A stretch of 64,000 nucleotides of DNA from Dehalococcoidia bacterium. Its GTDB lineage: Bacteria > Chloroflexota > Dehalococcoidia > GIF9 > UBA5629. Location: contig JBEKIW010000002.1 in NCBI GenBank assembly GCA_050011565.1, positions 400,494 through 464,493 on the forward strand, given 5' to 3'. A model generated the notes under the pieces. That model was not told where the DNA came from. It ran no database searches and saw only the letters and a list, made by a program, of their open reading frames with translations. This document shows positions 26,315 to 36,746 of the stretch, piece after piece. Both the position numbers and the translations under genes were made by a program. Position 1 is the first letter of the stretch. Each line of letters starts with the position of its first letter.

Positions 26315-28579
26315 TCAAAAGTTGAGCCGCGCCAGCAGATATGAAACTGTCGACTCCGCTCCCTGGTTCAAATTGATATACTGCCTCCCGACACCATCAT
26401 AACACCCACCTGTGGTCCGGTCATACATGATGGCCTCTATACTATTGCCCCCCAGAAACCAGTTAAAGGCCCGGTACAACAGTCTTCCGTAATGCTCATC
26501 CTTGGTGATTGAGTAGCAGGCCTTAAGTGCGTACACCGTGGTCATTACCTCCTCCGGCTGCTGGTCAAAATGATTACGTTTCCCATCCCTGTAATACCAG
26601 CCATCCTGCCCTATCGGTATGTATATCCCTTCACGGAAAGTCTTTTCTACCAGGAAATCAAGAGTAGTTTTCCCAACATCAAGGTATCTGTCTTTCCCTG
26701 TGACCCGATAAGCCTGGAGCAAAGCCTCCGACAGAAGCGCATTGGAGTAGGTAATATAGCTCTCAAACCATTGCCACTGGGGAGAGCTGGCACTTTCATA
26801 CAATGACAGGAGCTTATCACAATGCTCCCCTAATGCCCCTGTCAAATCGATTCCCTGAATCTCAATATTCTTCTCTAACAAAACGCATAGAGCTTTTATA
26901 TACCAGGAGATTGCCCTGGGCGATTGAAACGGGGTGTTCCTCTTAACCTTTTCTTGCAAGATAGTGAGCGCCTTCTCCCTGATCTTTCTCGATATCGAAC
27001 CGATTGCCGAAGTCAAAGCCAGGGCATAGAGCGCTCGACTGGTCGCCTCTTCGAGGTTAACCTGACTGTTGAATTTGTCATCCGGAGTCCTATCAAGATT
27101 GAAATAGTTATTGAAGTATCCATCGGCCCTTGAGGCAAGCGAAATAAAGTCAAGATAGATATTTGTCAGCCTCAGTAATTTCTCCCTGTTGGCGATAGAC
27201 CGGCTGAGCAGCCCGTGCCGAAGTCTGTCGTAGCAAAGAGTCACTACCATCAGAGCCCGGGCGTTATCATCCACGGTATATCCTGATGTTAAATCAGGCT
27301 TTGAAAGGTCAGCAAATTGAACAATACCAAATCTGTCAGTAAGGCGTACCAGATGGCTAAGTTTGACCCGTGGAAAACTCTTGCGCTCTACTACCTCGAC
27401 AAGGTCCGGAGCACATTCAGAGAAGTACTTCGCATACTTGATAGCCACATTCGGCCACGTCCAGCCGCGGGTCTTGAAATAAGCATTCTTGCCGAGGTTA
27501 ATCTGCCTGTTTTTATCCCCCAAAAAACTGATGATGGCATCGGTAAAGGCCTGTGGATTCCGGAAATCAACCAGAATGCCAACATCAGGGGTCACATCTT
27601 CCTTGGCCTGGGCAAAGGCAGTCGATATGACAGGCCGCCCCATGCCAAGCGCGTATGAGAGGGTTCCAGAGACTGCCTGGTTCGGGTCGAGCGAGGTAGA
27701 TATATATATATCCGTTGCCTTTAACATCTGCAATAGCTTCGGCAGCGGGAAGTATTGGTTATACATCTTTACGTGGTCGGCAAGGCCTAGACTGTAGATT
27801 TTCTCAATGATGGAATTACGATAGGTCTCACCCTCCGTTTTGAGTATATTCGGGTGTGTGGCTCCAAAGATGATGTAGACGAGGTCTTTATATCTTTCGA
27901 CCACCGCCGGTAGCGCCTCGATGACATACTCCAGCCCTTTATCCCGGTTCAACATCCCGAATGTCGAGAGAACGGTCTTATCTGAAAAGCCCAGGGCAGC
28001 CTTGGCTCGCTGGCTAGAAGTATAAGCGCCGTCATGGATGCCGTGGGGAATGACCCGAATGCTCTGTTCAGGTATTCCGTAATCCTCAATCAGGATACGT
28101 CTGGAACGATGTGTCATCGCGGTGATACCATTGACATTGTCCGCCAATAAACGTACCGCATGGCGCAGGTCCTGGGTAGGCTGAGGAATGACAGTGTGAA
28201 AGGTAATTACCTTGCATTTCGTCAGCGTACTCAGAAAATGAATGATGTTTAGGCCCCAGTCGCCGCCAAAGATACCGAACTCGTGCTGGATATTCACCAG
28301 CTTAACAGCGTCATTCTGGTTCAGTGCCTCGGCAACCCTAACATATTCATCGGGGTTATTCTGGTCTATCTGAAAGATAACCTCCCGACTATAGATATCA
28401 GTAACGACCTTTTCGACATTCATGGCCACGACCATCGACTTTACCCTCGTTCTAAGCAGATCGTCCATAGCCCGGGTGAGATCCTGAGTAAAGGTGGCAA
28501 TCCCACACTTTCTGGGTGGGAAAGTACCAATGTAGACTATCCGGCAATCGTCCCGCGTCCCCTTATCTAACCGACGCAT
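26315..28579 (-). CDS. GT4 glycosyltransferase with a C-terminal six-hairpin-glycosidase-like domain
   Basis: TFPPRKCGIATF, QHEFGIFGG, VSGTLSYA, GYTVDDNARAL, FDQQP and NQGAEST motifs. Confidence 0.85.
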   Translation of the reverse strand: MRRLDKGTRDDCRIVYIGTFPPRKCGIATFTQDLTRAMDDLLRTRVKSMVVAMNVEKVVTDIYSREVIFQIDQNNPDEYVRVAEALNQNDAVKLVNIQHEFGIFGGDWGLNIIHFLSTLTKCKVITFHTVIPQPTQDLRHAVRLLADNVNGITAMTHRSRRILIEDYGIPEQSIRVIPHGIHDGAYTSSQRAKAALGFSDKTVLSTFGMLNRDKGLEYVIEALPAVVERYKDLVYIIFGATHPNILKTEGETYRNSIIEKIYSLGLADHVKMYNQYFPLPKLLQMLKATDIYISTSLDPNQAVSGTLSYALGMGRPVISTAFAQAKEDVTPDVGILVDFRNPQAFTDAIISFLGDKNRQINLGKNAYFKTRGWTWPNVAIKYAKYFSECAPDLVEVVERKSFPRVKLSHLVRLTDRFGIVQFADLSKPDLTSGYTVDDNARALMVVTLCYDRLRHGLLSRSIANREKLLRLTNIYLDFISLASRADGYFNNYFNLDRTPDDKFNSQVNLEEATSRALYALALTSAIGSISRKIREKALTILQEKVKRNTPFQSPRAISWYIKALCVLLEKNIEIQGIDLTGALGEHCDKLLSLYESASSPQWQWFESYITYSNALLSEALLQAYRVTGKDRYLDVGKTTLDFLVEKTFREGIYIPIGQDGWYYRDGKRNHFDQQPEEVMTTVYALKACYSITKDEHYGRLLYRAFNWFLGGNSIEAIMYDRTTGGCYDGVGRQYINLNQGAESTVSYLLARLNF

Positions 28580-28847
28580 GTTTTCCTTATCATTACCGCC
28601 TATTGGAGGGCCTCCTCTCGCCAATTTATTAAACAATATTTTTTAAATAGCATTTTACCATAAGTTAGCCGATATCCACCGCCAGAGCTACTGAAAGAAT
28701 ATATGGCTAAGGAGATTGGGGGGTATACGGAACATAGCCTGCACAATACGATGTATTGTTTAGCTTTTATGGTTCAGACGCTTGGTACCGGTCTGCTCGT
28801 TTCACACTGTACCTCGTTGTAATCGCTGCGGATCGATGCTGAATTTG

Positions 28848-29984
28848 TTATCGCGCAGCAGGCACCGTGTAATCAAAGCCTTTAAGCTTCCGGCGCTCCA
28901 GCTTTGCCTGGAGAATAAGCTCAAGAGCTCGTACCATGGCTGTGTCCGCACTGGTCACAAATGATAACGCATCACCGTTTTTTTCAACCCGTCCGGTGCG
29001 GCCGATGCGGTGAGTGTAGGCATCCGTGGTCTCCGGCATGTCGTAATTGATGACGTGCGAAATACTCAAAACATCAATGCCACGGGCGGCAATGTCGGTC
29101 GCCACCAGGATTTTAACCGAGCCATCGCGAAAGCCATCGATGGCAGCCTGACGCCTGCCCTGAGACAGATCGCCCTGCAACGAGGTGGCTCTGAACCCAG
29201 CTCTTTTCAGTTGCTGCATTACGCGCTCAGTACGATGTTTGGTACGCGTAAAGATAAGTACCGACTCCGTTTCAATGCGCCGTAAGAGTTCTATCAGCAG
29301 CGCAGTCTTGCGATGTTGCTCAACCGGGTACAGCGCGTGTGATACCGTGAGTGCCGGTATTGTCCGGCCGATTTGAACTGTGACCGGATTATGCAGGACA
29401 TCTTGCACCAGACGCCTGATGTCATCAGGCATAGTGGCCGAGAAAAGGAGTGTCTGGCGCTGCGTTAGCAGACACTTCAAAATACTCCGTATGTCCGGCA
29501 GAAAGCCCATGTCAAACATCCGGTCCGCCTCGTCGATTACCAGAACTTCTACATGTGATAAATCGATGGTGCCCCTCCAGATGTGGTCGAGCAGGCGGCC
29601 GGGACAGGCAACAGCTATTTCGACCCCGCGGCGTAGCCCCTGTATTTGCTGCACCATGCTCACCCCGCCATAAATGGCAAGGCTCCGCAGGCCGGTTTGC
29701 TGTCCCAGTTCACCAATAGCCTCGCATGTTTGCTCAGCCAATTCACGCGTGGGTGAGATTATGAGAGCACGGACCTGACCCCTCGGACCCTGCAGCAGAC
29801 GCTGCAAGATGGGCAGCACGAAGGCGGCAGTCTTGCCGGTCCCGGTCTGTGCCAGACCAATGACATCGCGTCCCTGCATTATGGGAGGGATGGCTCGAAC
29901 CTGGATAGGTGTGGGCGTAGTATAACCGAGCGCTCGCACACCGGACATAACGCTCGGATGAAAATTAAATGCTTCGAAATTCAC
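28848..29984 (-). CDS. DEAD-box RNA helicase (RhlE-like)
   Basis: PTPIQ, AQTGTGKT, PTRELA, DEAD, SAT, ATDIAARGID and HRIGRTGR motifs. Confidence 0.95.
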   Translation of the reverse strand: MNFEAFNFHPSVMSGVRALGYTTPTPIQVRAIPPIMQGRDVIGLAQTGTGKTAAFVLPILQRLLQGPRGQVRALIISPTRELAEQTCEAIGELGQQTGLRSLAIYGGVSMVQQIQGLRRGVEIAVACPGRLLDHIWRGTIDLSHVEVLVIDEADRMFDMGFLPDIRSILKCLLTQRQTLLFSATMPDDIRRLVQDVLHNPVTVQIGRTIPALTVSHALYPVEQHRKTALLIELLRRIETESVLIFTRTKHRTERVMQQLKRAGFRATSLQGDLSQGRRQAAIDGFRDGSVKILVATDIAARGIDVLSISHVINYDMPETTDAYTHRIGRTGRVEKNGDALSFVTSADTAMVRALELILQAKLERRKLKGFDYTVPAAR

Positions 29985-30047
29985 TAAAACTCCTTAGAAT
30001 GTTTATTTTTAATTGATTTGTGTCCAATTTGAGGCAGGCGATTCAAC

Positions 30048-30377
30048 TTATGCCTGGTATCCCGGCTGTCTTTTTGTATTAAAACGGCGAACTCTCTTTT
30101 TATTGAAGGGCTTCTTGTCTTTCTCGTCGGAAAGGGGAAGAGCCGCGATAACTTCAATTAACCGGCCCCTTATTACTTTACCTTTGAGGCTGAAAACCGC
30201 GGCTTCGCCTTCAGACCTCGAGTCCATTTCAACAAAGCCGTATAGCCGGGGTTGCCTGCTGCCGGCGTACCTGTCAGTTATGAGACTTACAGATTTCACC
30301 TGCCCGAAAACCGAGAATTCTTGCCGAAGCTCATCCTCGGTCAACTCAAGCGGTAAGTTACCTACGTAGATATTCAT
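30048..30377 (-). CDS. RRM RNA-binding protein
   Basis: MNIYVGNL (RNP2) and YGFVEM (RNP1). Confidence 0.9.
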   Translation of the reverse strand: MNIYVGNLPLELTEDELRQEFSVFGQVKSVSLITDRYAGSRQPRLYGFVEMDSRSEGEAAVFSLKGKVIRGRLIEVIAALPLSDEKDKKPFNKKRVRRFNTKRQPGYQA

Positions 30378-30429
30378 GTCGTGACCCATTTAAATTACTC
30401 TTACTGTTTGTCCGTCGACGGCATACTTT

Positions 30430-30630
30430 CTAGCGCCCTCCCGGAGGACCCTGCCGCTTTCTCCGCCTGGCGCTGTTTCTGGCTTTTAGTCGGGCAGCGT
30501 CTCTCTTCGACACGAAGTGGAGCTTGGCTTTCGCCTCACGTATGATGCCACTTATCTGAACCTGCTTTTGAAAGCGACGCAGCAGAGCATCCTGGGATTC
30601 ACCTTGATGTATCTTTACTTCTAACGACAT
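30430..30630 (-). CDS. rpsU: 30S ribosomal protein bS21
   Basis: GESQDALLRRFQKQV...GIIREAK pattern and basic C-terminus. Confidence 0.8.
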   Translation of the reverse strand: MSLEVKIHQGESQDALLRRFQKQVQISGIIREAKAKLHFVSKRDAARLKARNSARRRKRQGPPGGR

Positions 30631-30695
30631 AACATATTACCAAATTCCAGCCATAGCATGGTAAACCGGACGTGCACTATGGATTTGAGATGGCA

Positions 30696-31001
30696 CTATC
30701 TACTCAGTCTGACTTTACGGTAGCAATCGCTACAGTACACCGGACTATCGCCACGAGGTTCAAAGGGTAATTCAGTATCCTTGCCGCACTCGGCGCAGGT
30801 GGCGGCAAACATCTGGCGTGGAGCTGTGTAGCTGCTGTTTCCGTTTCCGTTACGCTCTGACTTCCTTGCCTGGCGGCACGGGGGGCAGCGTTTGGGCTCA
30901 TTAGTATAGCCTCTAGATGCGTAAAACTCTTGCTCCCCGGCGCTGAAAGTGAAGCTAGCGGCACAATCGGAACACTGGATGGACTTGTCCTCATAATTCA
31001 T
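30696..31001 (-). CDS. Zinc-ribbon / CxxC-x17-CxxC domain protein
   Basis: CSDC..FTFSAGEQEFY..PKRCPPCR and CAECG..PFEPRGDSPVYCSDC. Confidence 0.9.
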   Translation of the reverse strand: MNYEDKSIQCSDCAASFTFSAGEQEFYASRGYTNEPKRCPPCRQARKSERNGNGNSSYTAPRQMFAATCAECGKDTELPFEPRGDSPVYCSDCYRKVRLSR

Positions 31002-31002
31002 A

Positions 31003-31048
31003 GGATGACTCCTCTCTTCTTAATAGTTGGTTAGAGTTGGGGTCATCC
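31003..31048 (-). promoter_or_regulatory. RBS-occluding 5' UTR hairpin
   Basis: GGATGACCCC pairs with GGAGTCATCC (9 of 10), which overlaps the SD and ends 1 nt before the ATG. Confidence 0.5.
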
Positions 31049-31206
31049 GAGGCTTGAGTAAATCTAATGTAATTTAACTAAGTACGCGGTAACCTAAACT
31101 GAAACCACTGCTTCTATTGTACGCTAAAGGGGGTGGAATTGCAAAAGGCGGTACCGGCTTACCGGCAAGAAACATTGCCTGGCTGTCAATTGGGGGCCAT
31201 CTTAGA

Positions 31207-32457
31207 TTATCCTATATCCATCCCTCTGGGAATGACTACTATACCGTTATCTGAGATTGTGCAGCCTCTCCTCTTATCTGCCTCAGCGTCATAGCCGATG
31301 GATGCTCCCTTCTGGATTCTAGCTTCCTTGTCGATAATGGCGCGCCTTACTTTGACATCAGGTTCGATAATGACATCATCAAATATAATCGATTCCTCTA
31401 CCAGAGCATTTTTCTCCACGACTACCCCTGGTGATAGTATAGAGCGCTGCACTGCGGCGCCGCTAATGATACAGCCATCGCACACCATAGAGTCCTGCAT
31501 TGTTCCGCCGATAACACACTTGCTCGGAGGTAGCGGCCTTTGGAACGTCCTGATTACCCACTTCTCTCCATAGAGGTTAAAGATAGGGTCTACACTCAAG
31601 AGGTCCATGCTTGCTTCATAGTACGAATCTATGGAGCCAACATCTTTCCAGTAGGACGAATCCCGAGTTCTATCAACCCGAACTTTACTTCTTTTACCGT
31701 CCACTACTTTGGCTATGAAATCCTCTATCTTGTTCATCTCAGTGAAGTCATAGACGAAGATGTTAGAACCCCTGTCAATCATTCTCGGAATAATGTCTTT
31801 GCCGAAGTCATCACCCCCTCCTTGCACAGCTTTCAACAGGACATCGGTTTTGAAGACATAGATACCCATTGAAGCCAGGGTATAATCCGAAGCATTCGGA
31901 ATTGCCTTCGGCTGCGCCGGCTTTTCTTCGAATCCAAACAACTTAAGGTCTTCATCTACTTCGAGGATTCCGAGACTGCCCGCAGCCTGCTCCCTCCTTA
32001 ATCTGATAGCGGATATCGTTAAATCAGCATTCTGTGCTTTGTGATAGGCCAACATTTGAAGATAGTTCATTTTGTAGATTTGGTCACCGGAAAGAATAAA
32101 GACGTGCTCAGCGCCCTTACCCCGCACCAGGTCCAGGTTTTGACGTATGGCGTCGGCGGTACCACGGTACCAATCCTTCCCTATCTTTTGCTGAGCCGGC
32201 ACACAGTATATGTAGTCTCCCAACCCTGAGCTCGAAATGCCCCAACCCTCCTGGATATGCCTCTGTAGCGACGTGGACCTATACTGGATGAGAACAGAAA
32301 TCTGACGGATACCTGAGTTAATACAATTGCTCAGCGTGAAATCAATAAGTCGGAATTTGCCACCAAAAGGAACTGCCGGCTTGGACCTCACCCTGGTTAA
32401 AGGTTGTAGCCTCTCCCCTGTGCCTCCAGCCATAATTATCACCGACACATTGTCCAT
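31207..32457 (-). CDS. glgC: Glucose-1-phosphate adenylyltransferase
   Basis: [48 protein letters not shown] and left-handed beta-helix. Confidence 0.95.
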   Translation of the reverse strand: MDNVSVIIMAGGTGERLQPLTRVRSKPAVPFGGKFRLIDFTLSNCINSGIRQISVLIQYRSTSLQRHIQEGWGISSSGLGDYIYCVPAQQKIGKDWYRGTADAIRQNLDLVRGKGAEHVFILSGDQIYKMNYLQMLAYHKAQNADLTISAIRLRREQAAGSLGILEVDEDLKLFGFEEKPAQPKAIPNASDYTLASMGIYVFKTDVLLKAVQGGGDDFGKDIIPRMIDRGSNIFVYDFTEMNKIEDFIAKVVDGKRSKVRVDRTRDSSYWKDVGSIDSYYEASMDLLSVDPIFNLYGEKWVIRTFQRPLPPSKCVIGGTMQDSMVCDGCIISGAAVQRSILSPGVVVEKNALVEESIIFDDVIIEPDVKVRRAIIDKEARIQKGASIGYDAEADKRRGCTISDNGIVVIPRGMDIG

Positions 32458-32558
32458 TTGATAACCTGCCCCAAATATTTATATCACTTCTTAAGTTAGT
32501 CCACAAGCATCTTCTGATCTTGTAACCGAAAGCAACCACGTTTATTTATATCTTTTGA

Positions 32559-33260
32559 CTACCAAATAAAGGGAATAAGCCTGTATTTTACTTTCTTTCT
32601 GTAATCGGCGTATCTCTCTAATTCTTTGACTAACATCCTTTCTTCTCCGATTATCCTTGCTACCACAAGAAAGGAAATCAGTACACCGCTTACAACGCCA
32701 TATATAGAACCGAGTAATAATGGTGTTCCGATGAACAGCAATATACCTCCAAGATACATGGGATGCCTTACAAATCCATAAACTCCTGTGGAGACTACCT
32801 GTTGCTTTCGCTCCGCCTGTATCCTGACTAAAGGCGATGCGAAGGTATTTTCGGCATACGACCGATAAAAGAGAAAGGAAGATAGCAATAATCCAATTCC
32901 TCCGATAATTTTTAACCACAATGGAAAGTTAGCACTCCATCCATACCTTTTTGCATCAAGCGGCATTATGACAATCCAGAGTATAAATCCCAGGACTAGC
33001 CCATATACAACATATTTATCCCATCCTCTTTGATTGGCAGTTCCCGGTTGTTTATACCTTTCGGCAAGCAATGCAGGGTCATTACGATACAAGTAGATAA
33101 TGACCGTTGCACACAATGCAATAAACCAGATATTAAAAATCCAGCCTTCAATCCAGAGCCAATCTCCCGAGAGAAAAAGAATTAATGTTGGGAATATCAG
33201 AATGTAAATCGCTGTAAGTATCATCCTGCCTGCCGTCAATTTGTTCTTTTCAGTTGCCAT
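32559..33260 (-). CDS. Isoprenylcysteine carboxylmethyltransferase-family membrane protein
   Basis: ENTFAS, VVSTGVYGFVRHPMY, EERML and YRLIPFIW motifs. Confidence 0.85.
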   Translation of the reverse strand: MATEKNKLTAGRMILTAIYILIFPTLILFLSGDWLWIEGWIFNIWFIALCATVIIYLYRNDPALLAERYKQPGTANQRGWDKYVVYGLVLGFILWIVIMPLDAKRYGWSANFPLWLKIIGGIGLLLSSFLFYRSYAENTFASPLVRIQAERKQQVVSTGVYGFVRHPMYLGGILLFIGTPLLLGSIYGVVSGVLISFLVVARIIGEERMLVKELERYADYRKKVKYRLIPFIW

Positions 33261-33371
33261 TATGAAATCCTGCTATTTACTGGAGTGTCACGTCGGAGTG
33301 AACTTTTTTAAGCCTACCCAATTAGTTTGACTGCGCTGGACTGATTTTCGGGGGGCAGGTCATTGAGGTAT

Positions 33372-35783
33372 TTATTTTAACAGTTGTTTTTCTATCTCTA
33401 TCACCTTGAGAGTATTTGCCATGACCGAGTCGGGATTGAGAGATATTGAATTTATTCCTTCCTTCACCAGAAATTCGGCAAACTCAGGATAATCGCTCGG
33501 CGCCTGACCGCACAGCCCAATATGACGCTTGTTTTTTCTGGCTCCTCGAATAGCCATGGAAATCATCTTCATTACTCCGGGGTCCCGCTCGTCAAAATCA
33601 TGGGCCAACAGTGCTGAGTCACGGTCAACCCCTAAAACGAGTTGAGTCAGGTCGTTGGAGCCGATGGAAAATCCATCAAATAGATTGCTGAATTCATCAA
33701 CCAGGATGACATTATTTGGAATTTCGCACATAACATAGACCTGAAGTCCGTTTTTTCCACGCTTCAAGCCATTTTTTGCCATCTCCGCCAGAACTTTTTC
33801 AGCCTCATCCACCCGCCGGCAAAAGGGTATCATAATGATAAGATTGGTCAGTCCCATCTCCTCTCGAACCCGTTTCATAGCCTTGCATTCCAGTGCAAAG
33901 CCTTCCCTGTATCGTTCATCATAGTAACGAGAGGCACCACGAAAACCCAGCATGGGATTCTCTTCCACCGGTTCGAAGTAGTGTCCCCCTACCAGATGGG
34001 CGTATTCATTAGTTTTGAAGTCGCTCATGCGTACGATAACAGGTTTGGGATAGAAGGCGGCTGCGATAGTCCCGACACCCTGAGCCAGTTTTTCCACAAA
34101 ATATTCCTGTTTATCTTCATAGCCGAAAGTAAGGTCGTCTAATTGTTTCCGTTCTGCCTCATCAGTTATCTTTTCCGGATGGACGAGAGCCATAGGATGA
34201 ACCTTTATGTAACTGTTGATAATAAACTCCATACGTGCCAGACCCACACCGTTATTGGGTATCTTGGAGAGGGAAAAGGCTTCTTCGGGATTGCCAAGGT
34301 TCATCATAATCTTTGTTTTTGGTCGCTGGAGGTCCTTGAGGCTGAGCCTTTCAACATGAAACGGCAGAATTCCCTCATATACTGTACCCGCATCGCCCTC
34401 CGAGCAACTCACCGTAACTTTCTGTCCGGTATGGATTTTTTCCGTAGCATCGCCGGCGCCGACCACCGCCGGGATACCAAGCTCGCGGCTGACAATGGCT
34501 GCATGGCAGGTCCTACCGCCCCGGTTGGTTACAATAGCAGCAGCAGTTTTCATTACAGGTTCCCAGTCAGGGTTGGTACTGTCTGACACGAGTATCTCTC
34601 CAGGTTTAAACGAAGAAAGATAAGCTACATCGGAGATTATATGGCTTTTGCCACTGGCAATCTTTTCACCCACACGTTTTCCTATGGCCAGTATTGAGCC
34701 TTTCTTATCCAGGCGATATGTTTCCAGGACATCCATGGCTTTCTGTGACTCAACCGTTTCCGGTCGGGCCTGAACTATGAACAGGTCGCCGCTTATCCCG
34801 TCTTTTGCCCATTCGATATCCATTGGTCGGGACTCTCCAGTTTTTCCTGAATAGTGGTCTTCTATCTTAAGCGCAGAGCTGGCCAGGGTCATGATATCAT
34901 CGTCTGTAATACAAAACCGTCTGCGGTCGGCATCCGGCACTGCCACGTTTCGCGTTAGAATTTTTGAGTCACTTATACCGTAAATCATTTTAATGGACTT
35001 ATCCCCAAGATATTTTCCGATTATGGCCTTGCAGCCTTTTCTCAATGTCGGCTTGAATACATAGTACTCATCGGGGTTAACAGCTCCCTGGACAATGTTT
35101 TCTCCGAGCCCGTAGGCTGCCGTGATAAAAACGACGTCACTGAAGCCCGTCTCCGTATCAATAGTAAAAATCACGCCGCTGGTGGCCAGGTCAGAGCGTA
35201 TCATCTTCATAATACCTATGGAAAGGGCTACCTCGAAATGGTCGAAGTTATTATCAATACGATAGGATATTGCCCGGTTGGTAAAGAGCGATGCCAGGCA
35301 CTTGCTGCAGGACTCCCTCAGTGCGGGATATCCGCGTATATTTAAATAAGTCTCCTGCTGGCCGGCAAATGAGGCGGTGGGGAGGTCTTCTGCCGTGGCT
35401 GAACTGCGCACCGCAACGTCTGTGTCCGGGCCGTATTCCTGGCAGAGCCTGTCATAGGCAGTCGTTATTTCAGCCCAGAGGTCATCGGGGATACCAGCAC
35501 TCAAAATTAAATCGCGTGCTCTTTTCCCTCGTTTGACAAGGTCGTCCAGGTTAGTTTTATCCAGACCCGTCATGGCATCCTTGAGTTCGTCAAGAATTCC
35601 GGCTGATTGTATTACGTACCAGTATGCATCGGCAGTTATGGCAAACCCGTTTGGAATTTTGAGTCCCTGGCTGGTAAGTTCACGGTACATCTCTCCTAGC
35701 GAGGCATTCTTACCGCCAACAATGGGAATATCTTCAATCTTGATCTCTTTGAACCAGCGGATATATTTAGCATCTGGCTTCAT
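33372..35783 (-). CDS. ppsA: Phosphoenolpyruvate synthase
   Basis: VGGKNASLGEM, VRSSATAED, DIEWA, GGRTCHAAI phospho-His and FSIGSNDL motifs. Confidence 0.97.
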   Translation of the reverse strand: MKPDAKYIRWFKEIKIEDIPIVGGKNASLGEMYRELTSQGLKIPNGFAITADAYWYVIQSAGILDELKDAMTGLDKTNLDDLVKRGKRARDLILSAGIPDDLWAEITTAYDRLCQEYGPDTDVAVRSSATAEDLPTASFAGQQETYLNIRGYPALRESCSKCLASLFTNRAISYRIDNNFDHFEVALSIGIMKMIRSDLATSGVIFTIDTETGFSDVVFITAAYGLGENIVQGAVNPDEYYVFKPTLRKGCKAIIGKYLGDKSIKMIYGISDSKILTRNVAVPDADRRRFCITDDDIMTLASSALKIEDHYSGKTGESRPMDIEWAKDGISGDLFIVQARPETVESQKAMDVLETYRLDKKGSILAIGKRVGEKIASGKSHIISDVAYLSSFKPGEILVSDSTNPDWEPVMKTAAAIVTNRGGRTCHAAIVSRELGIPAVVGAGDATEKIHTGQKVTVSCSEGDAGTVYEGILPFHVERLSLKDLQRPKTKIMMNLGNPEEAFSLSKIPNNGVGLARMEFIINSYIKVHPMALVHPEKITDEAERKQLDDLTFGYEDKQEYFVEKLAQGVGTIAAAFYPKPVIVRMSDFKTNEYAHLVGGHYFEPVEENPMLGFRGASRYYDERYREGFALECKAMKRVREEMGLTNLIIMIPFCRRVDEAEKVLAEMAKNGLKRGKNGLQVYVMCEIPNNVILVDEFSNLFDGFSIGSNDLTQLVLGVDRDSALLAHDFDERDPGVMKMISMAIRGARKNKRHIGLCGQAPSDYPEFAEFLVKEGINSISLNPDSVMANTLKVIEIEKQLLK

Positions 35784-35992
35784 GGCATTTTCCTCCTCCT
35801 TAAATAACGGTAACCGCTTAAATATCCACGTCTTCTTGCACTCTGTCTTTTCGCTAAATCATATCACTCCGTTTACTCCACGTAAATACTGCTTGCCATA
35901 GCCTGATGGCTGAATGACGTACCCCCGTTTTGCTCCTAAGGTTTATTCCATAGCTAGACAGATTCATTACAACACCTATATAATGCATTCTA

Positions 35993-36721
35993 ATGACTCC
36001 AACGTTATTAGTACTGGCTTTCATAACATTCATATCTACCGCAGCGGGTGGACTGGTAGCAGTGAGATTCAGACGGATTCTGCAGTACTTTTTTGCATTC
36101 TCGTCAGGGGCCTTGATTGCCATTACTTTCTTTGACGTGTTGCCCGAAAGCCTGTCAATTGCCGAATCTGTAAACCTGCCTACACGATATCTGTGGATCA
36201 CGCTGGTAGCCACTTTTATATTTTTTAGTTTCCTGCAGAGATTCTTTTTGACCCATCACCACCATGAAGATGAAGAGCATGGCCATATAATGGGACCTAT
36301 TGGAGCCGCCGGCCTGATCATACATAGTTTTCTTGATGGGGCTGCCATAGGCATAGCTTTTCACGTCAGTTCATCTATGGGCATCATTGTAGCCTTGGCG
36401 GTGATATCCCACGACTTCACGGATGGAATCAATACTGTTGTAATAATGCTAAAGAATCAACAAAACGTCAGGAACGCCAGGATATTCCTGTTAATCGATG
36501 CTGCAGCCCCCGTGTTCGGGATCTTAGCCACATCGTTCTTTATGATAAATGAAACGGTTCTGTCACTGATATTAGCCGCATTCGCCGGCGAGTTTCTATA
36601 TTTAGGAGCGGCAAATCTTTTGCCGGAAACCTATCTGCATAATGTCTGGAAAATGGGCGCGGCGATGATATTCGGCGTTGTCTTAATATTCGTGCTGACT
36701 ACTATAATTTTAAGTTTATAA
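35993..36721 (+). CDS. ZIP-family metal transporter
   Basis: His-rich loop HHHHEDEEHGH; HSFLDG and HDFTDG motifs. Confidence 0.9.
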   Translation: MTPTLLVLAFITFISTAAGGLVAVRFRRILQYFFAFSSGALIAITFFDVLPESLSIAESVNLPTRYLWITLVATFIFFSFLQRFFLTHHHHEDEEHGHIMGPIGAAGLIIHSFLDGAAIGIAFHVSSSMGIIVALAVISHDFTDGINTVVIMLKNQQNVRNARIFLLIDAAAPVFGILATSFFMINETVLSLILAAFAGEFLYLGAANLLPETYLHNVWKMGAAMIFGVVLIFVLTTIILSL

Positions 36722-36746
36722 ATCAAAAAGAAGTGGATAACAGGTC

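Noticed and set aside
35790-35990. Fluoride riboswitch upstream of ppsA or the ZIP gene
   Set aside because: The GATGG..GCC / GATGAC..CTAC pseudoknot pattern could not be assembled on either strand.
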